The notes: generated by a model not told the origin, from the sequence alone. Counted from the stretch's first letter, positions 1 to 9,199 are shown. The stretch is DNA of 37,687 bases from Fibrobacteria bacterium (GCA_041746255.1 JBGTHM010000130.1:1-37687), one strand, 5' to 3'. Numbers and translations: made by a program.

Positions 1-72
1 CCGTTCCTTCGCCAAGGCCACGGCACGCTCCTTGTATTTCCCATCAAATGCTCGTCTTTTTTCGTTTTTCAT
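1..72 (-). CDS. IS3-family transposase OrfA, N-terminal fragment (runs off the window)
   Basis: My translation is MKNEKRRAFDGKYKERAVALAKER. This resembles the 'KRRx(Y/F)xxE(F/Y)KxxAVxL' start of IS3 OrfA HTH proteins. A purine-rich GAGAAAGG lies upstream. Confidence 0.75.
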   Translation of the reverse strand, partial: MKNEKRRAFDGKYKERAVALAKER

Positions 73-133
73 TGGACACCTTTCTCAGGTAAATCTACCT
101 GAATGTTGTGTCCGGTGTCAGGGGGTCAGTTCA
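1..133 (-). mobile_element. Left end of an IS3-family insertion sequence (continues beyond the window start)
   Basis: The minus strand from 133 reads TGAACTGACCCCCTGACACCGGACAC, a 5'-TG...GGACAC end like IS3-family terminal repeats. It is followed by a GGACAC...GTGTCC inverted repeat enclosing TCAGGTA/TACCTGA, then an ATG at 72 opening an OrfA-like frame. Confidence 0.8.
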
Positions 134-151
134 ATCCCCGTAAAGGAGGCG

Positions 152-2689
152 ATGGTGAAGTCGAAAAGGCGGCAGTTCTATTCAGGGCTGTTGGGTGCGA
201 TGTTATTGACCACATTGTCCTGGACCAAAGTGCAGGCTCAGCCATATGGGCTAGAAGTACCTCCAAAAAATACGCAGTCCATTTTCATTCCACCGGGTGA
301 TGAACATGCTTATACCGTAGAAAGGGCTTTCCCGCACCTTGTCTTCCATTATGAAACTTTTGATCACAAGGTTTTGCCCGCCTTCCTGACATCCGCACAA
401 GACGGTACCAATCGGCTATTCACTGTTTTTTTGGGGGGAGTTATCCGGGTATTTCCCAAAATTAAAGATGTTTCGTCGAGTAAAATATTTTTGGATTTGT
501 CGTTGAAAGTGAATCCCCTTTCTGAATCCGGAATGTTAGGGTTGGCTTTCCACCCTCGTTTCGGCGAAAATGGGAAATTTTATGTTACGTATACCACGGG
601 GAAAATCGGGACGGAGGACTTTTTGAATGTGTTATCCGAGTTTACGGTTTCTCCCGAAAATCCGGACTCGGCCGACATCAAGAGCGAACGAGTGCTGCTT
701 TCCCTTCCTCACCCCCATGTTGCGCATCATATGGCTCAAATCGCCTTTGGGCCGGACGGCTTTCTCTATGTGGGGCAAGGCGACGGGGGAGTTCCCACGC
801 TTGTCGGGAATCCGGCTCAGGATAACACGAACCTATTCGGCGCTTTACTTAGACTCGATGTGGATGGCCGAACGCAGGGCCTGGAATACAGTATTCCCGC
901 GGATAATCCCCTCATCGGCAACGTGTCGGGTTGGCGCGAGGAAAATTGGGCTTGGGGTTTCCGTAACCCGTGGCGTTTCAGCTTCGACTCTGAAACCGGT
1001 GAGCTTTGGCTAGGGGATGTGGGTGCAACCGAATGGGAGGAAGTGAATATTGTTAAACGGGGAAAAAATTATGGTTGGCCGAATTTTGAAGGGTCTTTTT
1101 GCCACCAATCCTGCTCAGAAGGTACTTATGAACCGCCCATCCATGCCTACGACCATAAGGTCGGCCATAGCGTAATCGGAGGATACGTCTACCGTGGATC
1201 CCGTTTTCCTGAATTACACGGGGTCTATATTTTCGGGGATTATATGAACCGCCAGATTTGGGGACTGGTACCGGGGGAAAACGGCGCTTTTGATAGACGC
1301 TTGTTGGCCGTGGCTCCTCATGCGATCTATAGTTTTGGCATAGACGAGGTGGGCGAAATCTACATTCTTGGGGAGGCGAACGCCATTTTCCAATTAGGCA
1401 AGAATTCGGCCGAGGAAAAGGGAAATATTCCCGAGAGCATCTCGGCGTCCATGCTTTTTAAAAATCCCGGTACCCAGCAACCCAATCCTTGGGTCATTCC
1501 TTATTCCATCAATGCGCCCAGCTGGTCGAACGGAAAAAGCAAGAATCGATTTTTTTCTCTTCCCGTGCATTGGCAAGTTCGATATCAGCATGAAGGAGGA
1601 TGGACCCTTCCCACTCAATCGATTTTCGTGGAAAATCATTATTTAGATACCGTGGCGGGAGATACTACCTCAAGACGAATAGTCGAGACCCGGGTTTTGG
1701 TGAAAAAGTCCGTGGCTAACGATTGGAGCGGCTATAGTTATATGTGGAATCAGGAGGGTACCGATGCCAGGCTTTTGGCAAGAGATACGGCGGTACAATT
1801 TGCTGTGCGGTTCCCAAAGGAAGACGATGCTGTTCGTTTCGAAACCCATGAATTTCCGAGCCGGGAGGATTGCCGGACCTGTCATTCGCCGAAAGCGGAA
1901 TTTCTACTCGGATTCAAAACCAGCCAGCTCAACAAGTTGCATGACTACGGAGAGGTTACGGACCATCAATTCCGAACCTGGGAGCATATGGCTATTTTCC
2001 GGGTACCGCCTTCCACCCAGGACTACGCGTCACTTCCCTATCAGCCAAATCCCTTCGACAAGGCGGGGAATGTGGAAGCGCGCGCGAGGTCTTATCTGGA
2101 TGCGAACTGCGCGCACTGTCATCAGCCCGGAGGATTCGGACGCGGTAACCTGGACATGCGTTTTTTTACCGCGACTGAAAACGTAGGGTTTTTCAATTTG
2201 TCGCAAACAAACAGTAGCGATGGAAAGAGGAGGAGTTATATCCTACCCGGCCACCCGGATGATTCGGAAATTTACCGCCGTCTGGCCGCCTTGGGAAACG
2301 GCGCCATGCCCCCATTGGCGAAGTCAGCGGTTGACGAACAGGGTTTAGATTTGATTCGTGCCTGGATCACAAGCGAGGCGCTGGGAGTCTTCGTTAAGCC
2401 GAACAGTAAAGTTCGGGAGGAAAACCGGTTCAAACTTTTTTACAGGAAGGATTTCCTTGAACTTTCCACTTCCCTGTCTCATGGAGTGAAAGAGGCTCCA
2501 CCTACCCGCTTACACCTTTTTGATGGAAGCGGAAAAAGAGTTGTTAATTTATCCCCATTGGAGAATTATACAAAAGGGTCGGAGAGGGTTTGGCAATTTC
2601 GTTGCGAAAAACCGCTTCCTTCAGGGATGTATTGGCTGGCTTTCACTATGGGAAAGCAAAGGCGCGTTTTACCCTTGATGGTGCATTGA
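152..2689 (+). CDS. Secreted PQQ-dependent glucose/sorbosone-dehydrogenase-family protein with a diheme cytochrome c region and a T9SS-like C-terminal domain
   Basis: AAGGAGG RBS at 143-149 before ATG 152. Signal peptide ends VQA-Q. Beta-propeller motifs ESGMLGLAFHP, FGPDGFLYVGQGDGG, GFRNPWRFSFD and GKNYGWP. Two CxxCH motifs (CRTCH, CAHCH) plus a distal MPP. C-terminus LFDGSGKRV...LPSGMYWL...LMVH. Confidence 0.85.
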   Translation: MVKSKRRQFYSGLLGAMLLTTLSWTKVQAQPYGLEVPPKNTQSIFIPPGDEHAYTVERAFPHLVFHYETFDHKVLPAFLTSAQDGTNRLFTVFLGGVIRVFPKIKDVSSSKIFLDLSLKVNPLSESGMLGLAFHPRFGENGKFYVTYTTGKIGTEDFLNVLSEFTVSPENPDSADIKSERVLLSLPHPHVAHHMAQIAFGPDGFLYVGQGDGGVPTLVGNPAQDNTNLFGALLRLDVDGRTQGLEYSIPADNPLIGNVSGWREENWAWGFRNPWRFSFDSETGELWLGDVGATEWEEVNIVKRGKNYGWPNFEGSFCHQSCSEGTYEPPIHAYDHKVGHSVIGGYVYRGSRFPELHGVYIFGDYMNRQIWGLVPGENGAFDRRLLAVAPHAIYSFGIDEVGEIYILGEANAIFQLGKNSAEEKGNIPESISASMLFKNPGTQQPNPWVIPYSINAPSWSNGKSKNRFFSLPVHWQVRYQHEGGWTLPTQSIFVENHYLDTVAGDTTSRRIVETRVLVKKSVANDWSGYSYMWNQEGTDARLLARDTAVQFAVRFPKEDDAVRFETHEFPSREDCRTCHSPKAEFLLGFKTSQLNKLHDYGEVTDHQFRTWEHMAIFRVPPSTQDYASLPYQPNPFDKAGNVEARARSYLDANCAHCHQPGGFGRGNLDMRFFTATENVGFFNLSQTNSSDGKRRSYILPGHPDDSEIYRRLAALGNGAMPPLAKSAVDEQGLDLIRAWITSEALGVFVKPNSKVREENRFKLFYRKDFLELSTSLSHGVKEAPPTRLHLFDGSGKRVVNLSPLENYTKGSERVWQFRCEKPLPSGMYWLAFTMGKQRRVLPLMVH

Positions 2690-2695
2690 CCCCTT

Positions 2696-5600
2696 TCAAT
2701 AGGCTTTCGCGCTCAACCAGACGTTTTCTTCGCCCAACATTTCGGCGATTACTTCGGTCAATTCCTTTTCAGCGGAAACTTTAACCGTCTCGCTCACCAT
2801 CGCCACTTCGCCGTGCTGGAAAGACTCGAGATGTAAGACGAGTTGGCAGGGACCTTCGAATCCCTGGCATAGATCGTGCAGACGGCGCACGTCCTCTTCG
2901 TGAGTGCCTACCGTGCGAACTTTCACATGCAGGCTTTTGGTCAGTTTTTCGCGCGCCTCCGCCATGGGCAGCACTTTGGAAGCGATGAGCTTCAACGACT
3001 CGCCGTCCTCGTTTTGCTGCAGGGTTCCCCGTATCAAGACCATCGAATCGATTTCCACCTGATGGCGCACGCTTTCGAAAACTTCCGACCAAAAGGCCAC
3101 CTCGATTTTACCGGAGAAATCCTCCAATTCGCCGAAGGCGAAAGTGCGGTTGTCCTTCTGGCTGATGCGGGTTTTCAACCGGGTGATCATGCCGCCCAAT
3201 ATCACGCTGGTTCCGGGTTTTTGGGCCTTCAATCGCTCCGGATCCAAAACGCAGGTGACGAACCCTTCCAGCTCGGGCCGGAAGGGTTCCATGGGATGGC
3301 CAGACAGATAGAGTCCGAGAACCTCTTTTTCCTTTTCCAGCATTTCATGGTAAGGCCATGCTTCCACGCCCGGAAGCGCGGGTTCGTCCAAGGGTTGGGA
3401 AGAGCCCGCCCCTTCGAATAAAGAGGTCTGGCCCTTGGCCCGGTCGTCCTGAATGGATTGTGCGTAGGACAGCGCGGTTTCCACGCAGGCGAATTGCTGG
3501 GCGCGGTTTCCCGGAAGGGCGTCCAGCGCTCCCGCGAAGATGAGCGACTCCAACGCGCGCCGATTCAGCATTTGCATGTCGACGCGCTTGCATAAATCGA
3601 AAACCGACTTGAATGGACCGTGCTCGCGGCGCACTTCGACGATTTTTTCCACCGCGCCCAAGCCCACGTTCTTCACTCCACCCAGACCATAAACAATGGT
3701 CCCCGTCTTGGCGCTGAATTTGGCTTCGCTGAGATTGATGTCGGGAAACTCCACCGTAAGACCCAGGGCTTTGCATTCGTTAAGCAGGACCACCAATCGG
3801 GTGGTGTCGTGCATTTCCGAATTCATGTTGGCCGCCATGAAATACGACGGATAATGCGCCTTGAGATAAGCGGTTTGGTAAGCCACCGTGGCGTAAGCCG
3901 CCGAGTGCGACTTGTTGAAGGCGTAAGAGGAGAAGGGAACCAATATGTCCCAAATGCGCTCGGCCAGTTTGGGCTCGTATCCGCGCTCTTTGGCGCCACC
4001 CACGAACTTGGGCCGCAAGTCGTCCATTTTCTTGAGGTCTTTTTTCGCCATGGCGCGCCGCAAGAGGTCGGCGCCGCCCAGTGAGAATCCCGAAAGCACC
4101 TGGGCGATTTGCATCACCTGTTCCTGGTATACGATGACCCCGTAGGTCTCCATCAGGATGGGTTCCAAATCCTTGTGGTAACAGTCCACCGGTTCCAAAC
4201 CGTGCTTGCGGGCGATGTACTGATCGATAAAGTCCATGGGCCCGGGACGATAGAGGGCGTTCATGGCGATCATGTCTTCGAGTTTGGAGGGTTTAAGCTT
4301 CTTCAGGTATTCTTGCATACCCGCCGACTCGAACTGAAAAACGCCTACTGTCAGTCCCTTTCCCAACATCTGCAGGGTTTGTGCATCGTTTTCGGGCAGT
4401 TTGAGGGGGTCCAGCTTCACCCCTTCGCCCCGCTCCACCTGCTCCAAACAATCCTTGATGACGGAAAGATTGCGCAGGCCCAAAAAGTCCATCTTGAGCA
4501 GGCCGATATCCTCCGAGTAAGTCTTGTCGTATTGGATCATGACCTGATCGGATCCCGGCTGTCGGAAAAGCGGGGCGAAATTGACGATGGCCTCCGGCGC
4601 GATAATCACCGCCGCGGCATGCATGCCGGCTTGTCGAACCAGCCCTTCCAGCCGCAGCGCGACCTGCACCAGATTTTGCAAGGCGGGATCGTTATCCACC
4701 TCTTGTTTAAGATCGGGCGACTCGTCGAGCGCGGTGCGTAAATCGGCGAAGGGATTGAAGGCGGGAAAAAGTTTGCAGAGAAAATTGAGCCGGCCGGTTT
4801 CGAATCCCAGCACCCGCCCTACGTCGCGCAACACCATCTTGGCTTTCATGCGACCGTAGGTCACTACTTGCGCCACTGACTCTTTGCCATATTTATCCAC
4901 TACGTATTGGATCACCTGGGCCCGGTCGTGATCGGAAAAATCGGTATCGATATCGGGCATGGTCACGCGTTCGGGATTCAAAAAGCGCTCGAACAGCAGG
5001 TGGTAACGGATGGGATCGACGTCGGTGATGCCGATGGCGTAGGAGACCAGCGAGCCTACGGCCGAACCGCGTCCCGGTCCTACGGGGATATTCATTTTTT
5101 TGGCGGCGTTGATAAAGTCCTGCACAATGAGCATATAGCCCGCCACCTTCATCTTGCGCATCACTTCCAACTCGAACTCCAGCCTTTCGGTTAGCGCGGG
5201 AGTTACGGTATCGTAGCGCGCCTTCAGGCCTTGATGGGATAGATGGGCAAGGAAAAGGTCGGCGGTTTGGAATTCCGGCGGGATGGGGAATTGGGGCAAA
5301 TGCAAGGTACCGAATTCGATTTGCACGTCGCAACTGTCGGCGATACGGGAGGTGTTCTCGATGGCGCCCGGATATTCGCCGAATAACGCTTCCATCTCTT
5401 CGGTGGTGCGGTAATGGTATTGATTGGAGGGAAAGCGCGTCCTATTGGCGTCGTTGAACTTGAACCCGCCTTCGATGCACAGCAGGATCTCATGGGCTTC
5501 GGCGTCTTCCGGTTCCAGGTAATGGACGTCGTTTTCAGCCACCAACGACCATCCCGCTTCGTGATGCAACTCCAGGAAATGCCGGTTGACGGTGTTTTCC

Positions 5601-6151
5601 TCGGCAACCCCATGGTTTTGCAAACAGAGATAGACGTTTTCTCTCCCGAACCAACGGGCATAATTCTCCAGAACTTCCAGCGCCTTGTCGCGATGGTTGC
5701 GGAGCAGATGATAACCCACTTCGCCCTGGTGGTTCGCCGTTAGGCAGGTGATACCCTGGCCTCGGTTCTCCAGCGACTCGGCGTCCACGCGGGGTTTTTG
5801 GAAGAACCCGTCGAGGTAGCCATCGGAACAGATTTTCATCAGGTTTTGATAACCGATATTGTCGCGGGCCAATAAGGTCAACCGATGGTGGAGGGGCTGT
5901 CCCCCCGGGTAGACGAGATTTTTCCGCGAATCGGGTGCGTAGTAAACGTCGCATCCGATAATGGGTTTGATACCGGCTTTTTTGCAGGAGCGATAAAACT
6001 CCAACATGCCGAACATGTTGCCGTTGTCGGTGAGGGCCAAGGCATTGTGACCGCAGGCTTGCGCTTTTTTAATGACTTCCGCGATACGCGCCATGCCTGT
6101 CAGCATGGAGTATTCGGAATGATTATGTAAATGGACGAAACGACGGGTCAT
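2696..6151 (-). CDS. dnaE: DNA polymerase III alpha subunit
   Basis: 1151 aa with FVHLHNHSEYS, GPGRGSAVGSLVSY, FERFLNPER, MPDIDTDF, GLLKMDFLGL, YAFNKSHSAAY and a C-terminal OB fold. Confidence 0.98.
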   Translation of the reverse strand: MTRRFVHLHNHSEYSMLTGMARIAEVIKKAQACGHNALALTDNGNMFGMLEFYRSCKKAGIKPIIGCDVYYAPDSRKNLVYPGGQPLHHRLTLLARDNIGYQNLMKICSDGYLDGFFQKPRVDAESLENRGQGITCLTANHQGEVGYHLLRNHRDKALEVLENYARWFGRENVYLCLQNHGVAEENTVNRHFLELHHEAGWSLVAENDVHYLEPEDAEAHEILLCIEGGFKFNDANRTRFPSNQYHYRTTEEMEALFGEYPGAIENTSRIADSCDVQIEFGTLHLPQFPIPPEFQTADLFLAHLSHQGLKARYDTVTPALTERLEFELEVMRKMKVAGYMLIVQDFINAAKKMNIPVGPGRGSAVGSLVSYAIGITDVDPIRYHLLFERFLNPERVTMPDIDTDFSDHDRAQVIQYVVDKYGKESVAQVVTYGRMKAKMVLRDVGRVLGFETGRLNFLCKLFPAFNPFADLRTALDESPDLKQEVDNDPALQNLVQVALRLEGLVRQAGMHAAAVIIAPEAIVNFAPLFRQPGSDQVMIQYDKTYSEDIGLLKMDFLGLRNLSVIKDCLEQVERGEGVKLDPLKLPENDAQTLQMLGKGLTVGVFQFESAGMQEYLKKLKPSKLEDMIAMNALYRPGPMDFIDQYIARKHGLEPVDCYHKDLEPILMETYGVIVYQEQVMQIAQVLSGFSLGGADLLRRAMAKKDLKKMDDLRPKFVGGAKERGYEPKLAERIWDILVPFSSYAFNKSHSAAYATVAYQTAYLKAHYPSYFMAANMNSEMHDTTRLVVLLNECKALGLTVEFPDINLSEAKFSAKTGTIVYGLGGVKNVGLGAVEKIVEVRREHGPFKSVFDLCKRVDMQMLNRRALESLIFAGALDALPGNRAQQFACVETALSYAQSIQDDRAKGQTSLFEGAGSSQPLDEPALPGVEAWPYHEMLEKEKEVLGLYLSGHPMEPFRPELEGFVTCVLDPERLKAQKPGTSVILGGMITRLKTRISQKDNRTFAFGELEDFSGKIEVAFWSEVFESVRHQVEIDSMVLIRGTLQQNEDGESLKLIASKVLPMAEAREKLTKSLHVKVRTVGTHEEDVRRLHDLCQGFEGPCQLVLHLESFQHGEVAMVSETVKVSAEKELTEVIAEMLGEENVWLSAKAY

Positions 6152-6154
6152 GGT

Positions 6155-8059
6155 CTATTTCTTGAGGGTGCGCATGAAGCGTATTTGATCCAGAACGTAC
6201 TCGTTACGATGTCCGGTTTCCTTTTCGATGCCGATGATTTTGGCGGGATTACGATGCTTGATGAGCAGAATCGGAGAAACCACCACCCGTGCCGACTTGT
6301 CCCCCAACTTGAGTTCCAGTTGACTGCCTGTCTCAAGGGCGGATTCCACCAAAGTTATTTTCTCCTCAGGATTTAATATCCCTGCCTGGGCCGCTTCGCT
6401 CGGAAGCGGTTTTTTCGGTCCCTTGCGGGGAGCCTTGGGAATGTCCGCCTCCGAATAGCGGAAATCCCCGTAATCCAGCTTGGGTAACTTCCAGGTATCG
6501 GCCTGCATGTCGGTGGAAACTGGTTGCAAATGCAAAATTCGCCGCGGGTCCTCTCCGGGTATGAGACCCAGATGGCCGAGAAGGTCGCGAACTTTATCCT
6601 TTTGTTCGCGTTCCACGATGAAACCGAAACCGGGTATCACTTCACGGGTTAAGGCCAGAAATTCGGGGATGTCCATCAATTCGCCCAGGCGTCCCGTATC
6701 GGAGACCTTGAGTACCAAAGCATCGAGAAAATAGGTGGAAGCATAAGTATTGGCCCATTCCAGCAGGGTACCTTGGGCGGATGGGTCGAAACCGAGCCAG
6801 GAAATGAGTTCTTTGAAACTTTCCAGTTTAAGGCCGACCTGTAAACCTTGCACCACCGATTTCTTGGTGAACCGGTGGCGAGCCAGAATTTCGTCATTTT
6901 CGCGATCGCTGCATAGCTCCACCCGGTATTGTGAGGTCAGGGGAAGCATGACCGGAACCAGGCATTCCAGATTGGGCAACCCGATGGGACCGGAACCCGA
7001 GGGCTCCACCGCGGGAACGTCTTCGGTTCCCGAAGGAGCGATAAGCGGTAGGGCATAGTCGAGGTTCAGTCGCGCGAATTGAATGCGGCCTTTCGCCATG
7101 CCGAAATCGAGGAAGCCCAGCAGCCAGAGTTCCTGTAGCGGCTTGGGCAGGTTCTCCCAGGTTATTCCTCCGCGTAACTCGGCATAATTTTTCTTCTTGA
7201 CGCCGCCATAGGCCCAGATGAGGTCGGCGAGTGCGCCGATCCGGAAAACCGTACCCGCCTCGAGGGAAGCCAAAACCTGAAGGAAACAGCGAAGGCCGCC
7301 GGTTCTTTTTTCCAGCCACCAATCCAAAAGTCCCGTAACGGCTGTGGGCGAATCGCCTTCGACTATTTCCCGACCCTGGGTGGAAAGGTGCAAACGTCCT
7401 TCATCCAGTTTTACGGCTCGGGTTTCGGCTGCGAAACGGTAGAGGAATACCGCCTCTTCTTCTCCCGCAGCCGGAGACAATTTGGAAGCCAGGGAAAAGC
7501 GTCCAGCCAAAGATTGTAAATCCTTGCGGTGTAATTCGCCCCCCTGGGTCACCTTCACATTTCCCAACGCGGTTTGGGCCAGAAAATGCGCCAGATGCGA
7601 CTTGAGAAAATGGGCATAGACCATCCACTGTGCCTGGGCGGCCTCGCCATCGCGTAAAGCTTTCTCTTTGAGGCCATGTTCGAGAACATAAGGCCCGAAT
7701 TCCTCGAATCCATGGTAGGTCCGATAATCCCCTTCCCGGGAATAAATCAAGACTTCATGCTCAAGATGCCGCAAGTGGTGGCGGATTTCGTCGGAATCGA
7801 GGGGGGCCATCTGCACGGTAACCTCTTCTTCCTGGACGCCTCTTTCCTCGCAGGCATAGATGAAAAGCAGCAGGTTCCGCAGCGTGGGAGTCAGTCTTTC
7901 GACGACTTCGCCGATACGTTCGCTCCGTTCCAGCCAAGCGAAGGCCGCTTGACTGACCTGGGCCGTTTGCATCAGGCCGGCCTGTGGATTTTCACGCCGG
8001 AAAATCTTGAGTACGTAGGATTTGGGAGCGGCCTTGAGATATTCCGATAATGACAGCAC
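6155..8059 (-). CDS. Helicase-associated (XPB N-terminal/Tfb2-like) domain protein with a C-terminal WYL-like domain
   Basis: 634-aa ORF ending 3 nt before the dnaE start. The segment PNLECLVP...RFTKKSVVQGLQVGL...LLEW resembles Helicase_C_3-type domains. The C-terminus ESALETGSQLELK...RVVVSP...RNEYVLDQIRFM resembles WYL. The family call is by eye. Confidence 0.6.
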   Translation of the reverse strand: MLSLSEYLKAAPKSYVLKIFRRENPQAGLMQTAQVSQAAFAWLERSERIGEVVERLTPTLRNLLLFIYACEERGVQEEEVTVQMAPLDSDEIRHHLRHLEHEVLIYSREGDYRTYHGFEEFGPYVLEHGLKEKALRDGEAAQAQWMVYAHFLKSHLAHFLAQTALGNVKVTQGGELHRKDLQSLAGRFSLASKLSPAAGEEEAVFLYRFAAETRAVKLDEGRLHLSTQGREIVEGDSPTAVTGLLDWWLEKRTGGLRCFLQVLASLEAGTVFRIGALADLIWAYGGVKKKNYAELRGGITWENLPKPLQELWLLGFLDFGMAKGRIQFARLNLDYALPLIAPSGTEDVPAVEPSGSGPIGLPNLECLVPVMLPLTSQYRVELCSDRENDEILARHRFTKKSVVQGLQVGLKLESFKELISWLGFDPSAQGTLLEWANTYASTYFLDALVLKVSDTGRLGELMDIPEFLALTREVIPGFGFIVEREQKDKVRDLLGHLGLIPGEDPRRILHLQPVSTDMQADTWKLPKLDYGDFRYSEADIPKAPRKGPKKPLPSEAAQAGILNPEEKITLVESALETGSQLELKLGDKSARVVVSPILLIKHRNPAKIIGIEKETGHRNEYVLDQIRFMRTLKK

Positions 8060-8190
8060 TGAAACCCGTCTTGGTGAAGCTTGTGGGGATGGAAAGATAG
8101 CTTTTTCCCTGCTTTTTTTCGGGTTAGGACGGGCTGTTTTCGGTCTAAGGGGGTTGTTTCACGGGTGGAAAAACCAGTAATCGGTCGAAC

Positions 8191-8224
8191 AAAAAAAGGC
8201 CGGGAGGATATCCTCCCGGCTTTT
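8191..8224 (-). terminator. Intrinsic terminator of flagellin 1 (possibly bidirectional)
   Basis: Stem GCCGGGAGG-ATAT-CCTCCCGGC (8199-8220). The A7 run at 8191-8197 gives a U-tract on the minus strand, and there is a T4 run on the other side. Confidence 0.85.
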
Positions 8225-8247
8225 GACGAGATTTACGGAGAAGGAGA

Positions 8248-9099
8248 TTATCCCAGCAGGGAAAGTACGCTTTGAGGGACTTGATTGGCTTGCATCAACA
8301 TGGATGTGGCCGATTGGGTGAGAATCTGGGAGCGCGTAAACTCGGTGGTCTCCTTGGCGAAGTCCACATCGCGGATACGGCTCTCGGCGTCTTGCGTATT
8401 GTAAATCTGGTTGCCCAGATTCGCAATCGCGAACTCGAGACGGTTCACATAGGCACCCATGTCGGAACGCATGCTGTTCACCGAAGTCATGGCGTTATCG
8501 ATGGCGGCCAAGGCCGAGGTAGCGGCCGCCTGGGTGCTGACTGCGGTGGTATTGGGCTGCAGTCCCAAAGCTCCCAGGGTCATGGCCGTAATCGAGATGT
8601 TCATGGTATCGGTGAGGGGGTTGGACCCGGAGCCGATATGCAAAACCGAGGCAACGCCACCCGTAACGCCGAAGGAACCCTCCGCGCCGTCGAGCAAGGT
8701 CATGCCGTTATATTCCGCCGAGAGGGAAATACGGGTTATCTCCGTCATGAGGGCCTGAAATTCCGTATTCGTATAGGCGCGTTCCGTGGTGGTCAAAGTG
8801 TCGGTGGCGCTTTGGATGGCCAATTCGCGCATACGTTGCAGGATGTTGTTGATCTCGCCCGTCGCCCCTTCCGCAATTTGCAGGAGCGCGATACCGTCTT
8901 CCGCATTCGACTTGGCGCGGCCCATGCCCCGCACTTGCGAGCGCAACGATTCCGACACCGACAAGCCGGCGGCATCATCGGAAGCCCGGTTGATGCGTAA
9001 GCCCGTGGACAGTTTTTCTAAAGATTTACTAAGGGATTTATTCTGGCCTTCCAGCGCCCCTTGAGTGATCATGGCCGATACATTGTGATTGATTCTCAT
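8248..9099 (-). CDS. fliC: Flagellin (copy 1, 283 aa)
   Basis: MRINHNVSA...LEKLSTGLRINRASDDAAGL...LQRMRELAIQ...AESRIRDVDFAKE...QANQVPQSVLSLLG. The GGAGG RBS at 9109-9113 supports ATG 9099 rather than 9147. Confidence 0.97.
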   Translation of the reverse strand: MRINHNVSAMITQGALEGQNKSLSKSLEKLSTGLRINRASDDAAGLSVSESLRSQVRGMGRAKSNAEDGIALLQIAEGATGEINNILQRMRELAIQSATDTLTTTERAYTNTEFQALMTEITRISLSAEYNGMTLLDGAEGSFGVTGGVASVLHIGSGSNPLTDTMNISITAMTLGALGLQPNTTAVSTQAAATSALAAIDNAMTSVNSMRSDMGAYVNRLEFAIANLGNQIYNTQDAESRIRDVDFAKETTEFTRSQILTQSATSMLMQANQVPQSVLSLLG

Positions 9100-9171
9100 G
9101 GTTGGTAACCTCCGTGTTGATCTCGTCGTCTCGTCTCGGTCCGTCATTTAGAGGGCCGGTAGTTGTTTGAT

Positions 9172-9199
9172 TTGTCGGAGATTTTGCGCTCGGGCTTAA
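9172..9199 (-). promoter_or_regulatory. Sigma-28 (FliA/SigD)-like promoter of flagellin 1
   Basis: Minus strand TTAA-N16-TCCGACAA, compared with the consensus TAAA-N15/16-GCCGATAA. Confidence 0.65.

Noticed and set aside
32..151. 40-aa N-terminal extension of the first ORF
   Set aside because: It lies mostly inside the IS end. The strong RBS and signal peptide point to ATG 152.
2696..6151. Intein or split in dnaE
   Set aside because: Normal length and continuous motifs, with no intein signatures.
9119..9140. Short TCTCG/TCG repeats upstream of flagellin 1 as a CRISPR or phase-variable tract
   Set aside because: Only about 20 bp, imperfect, with no spacers and no cas genes.
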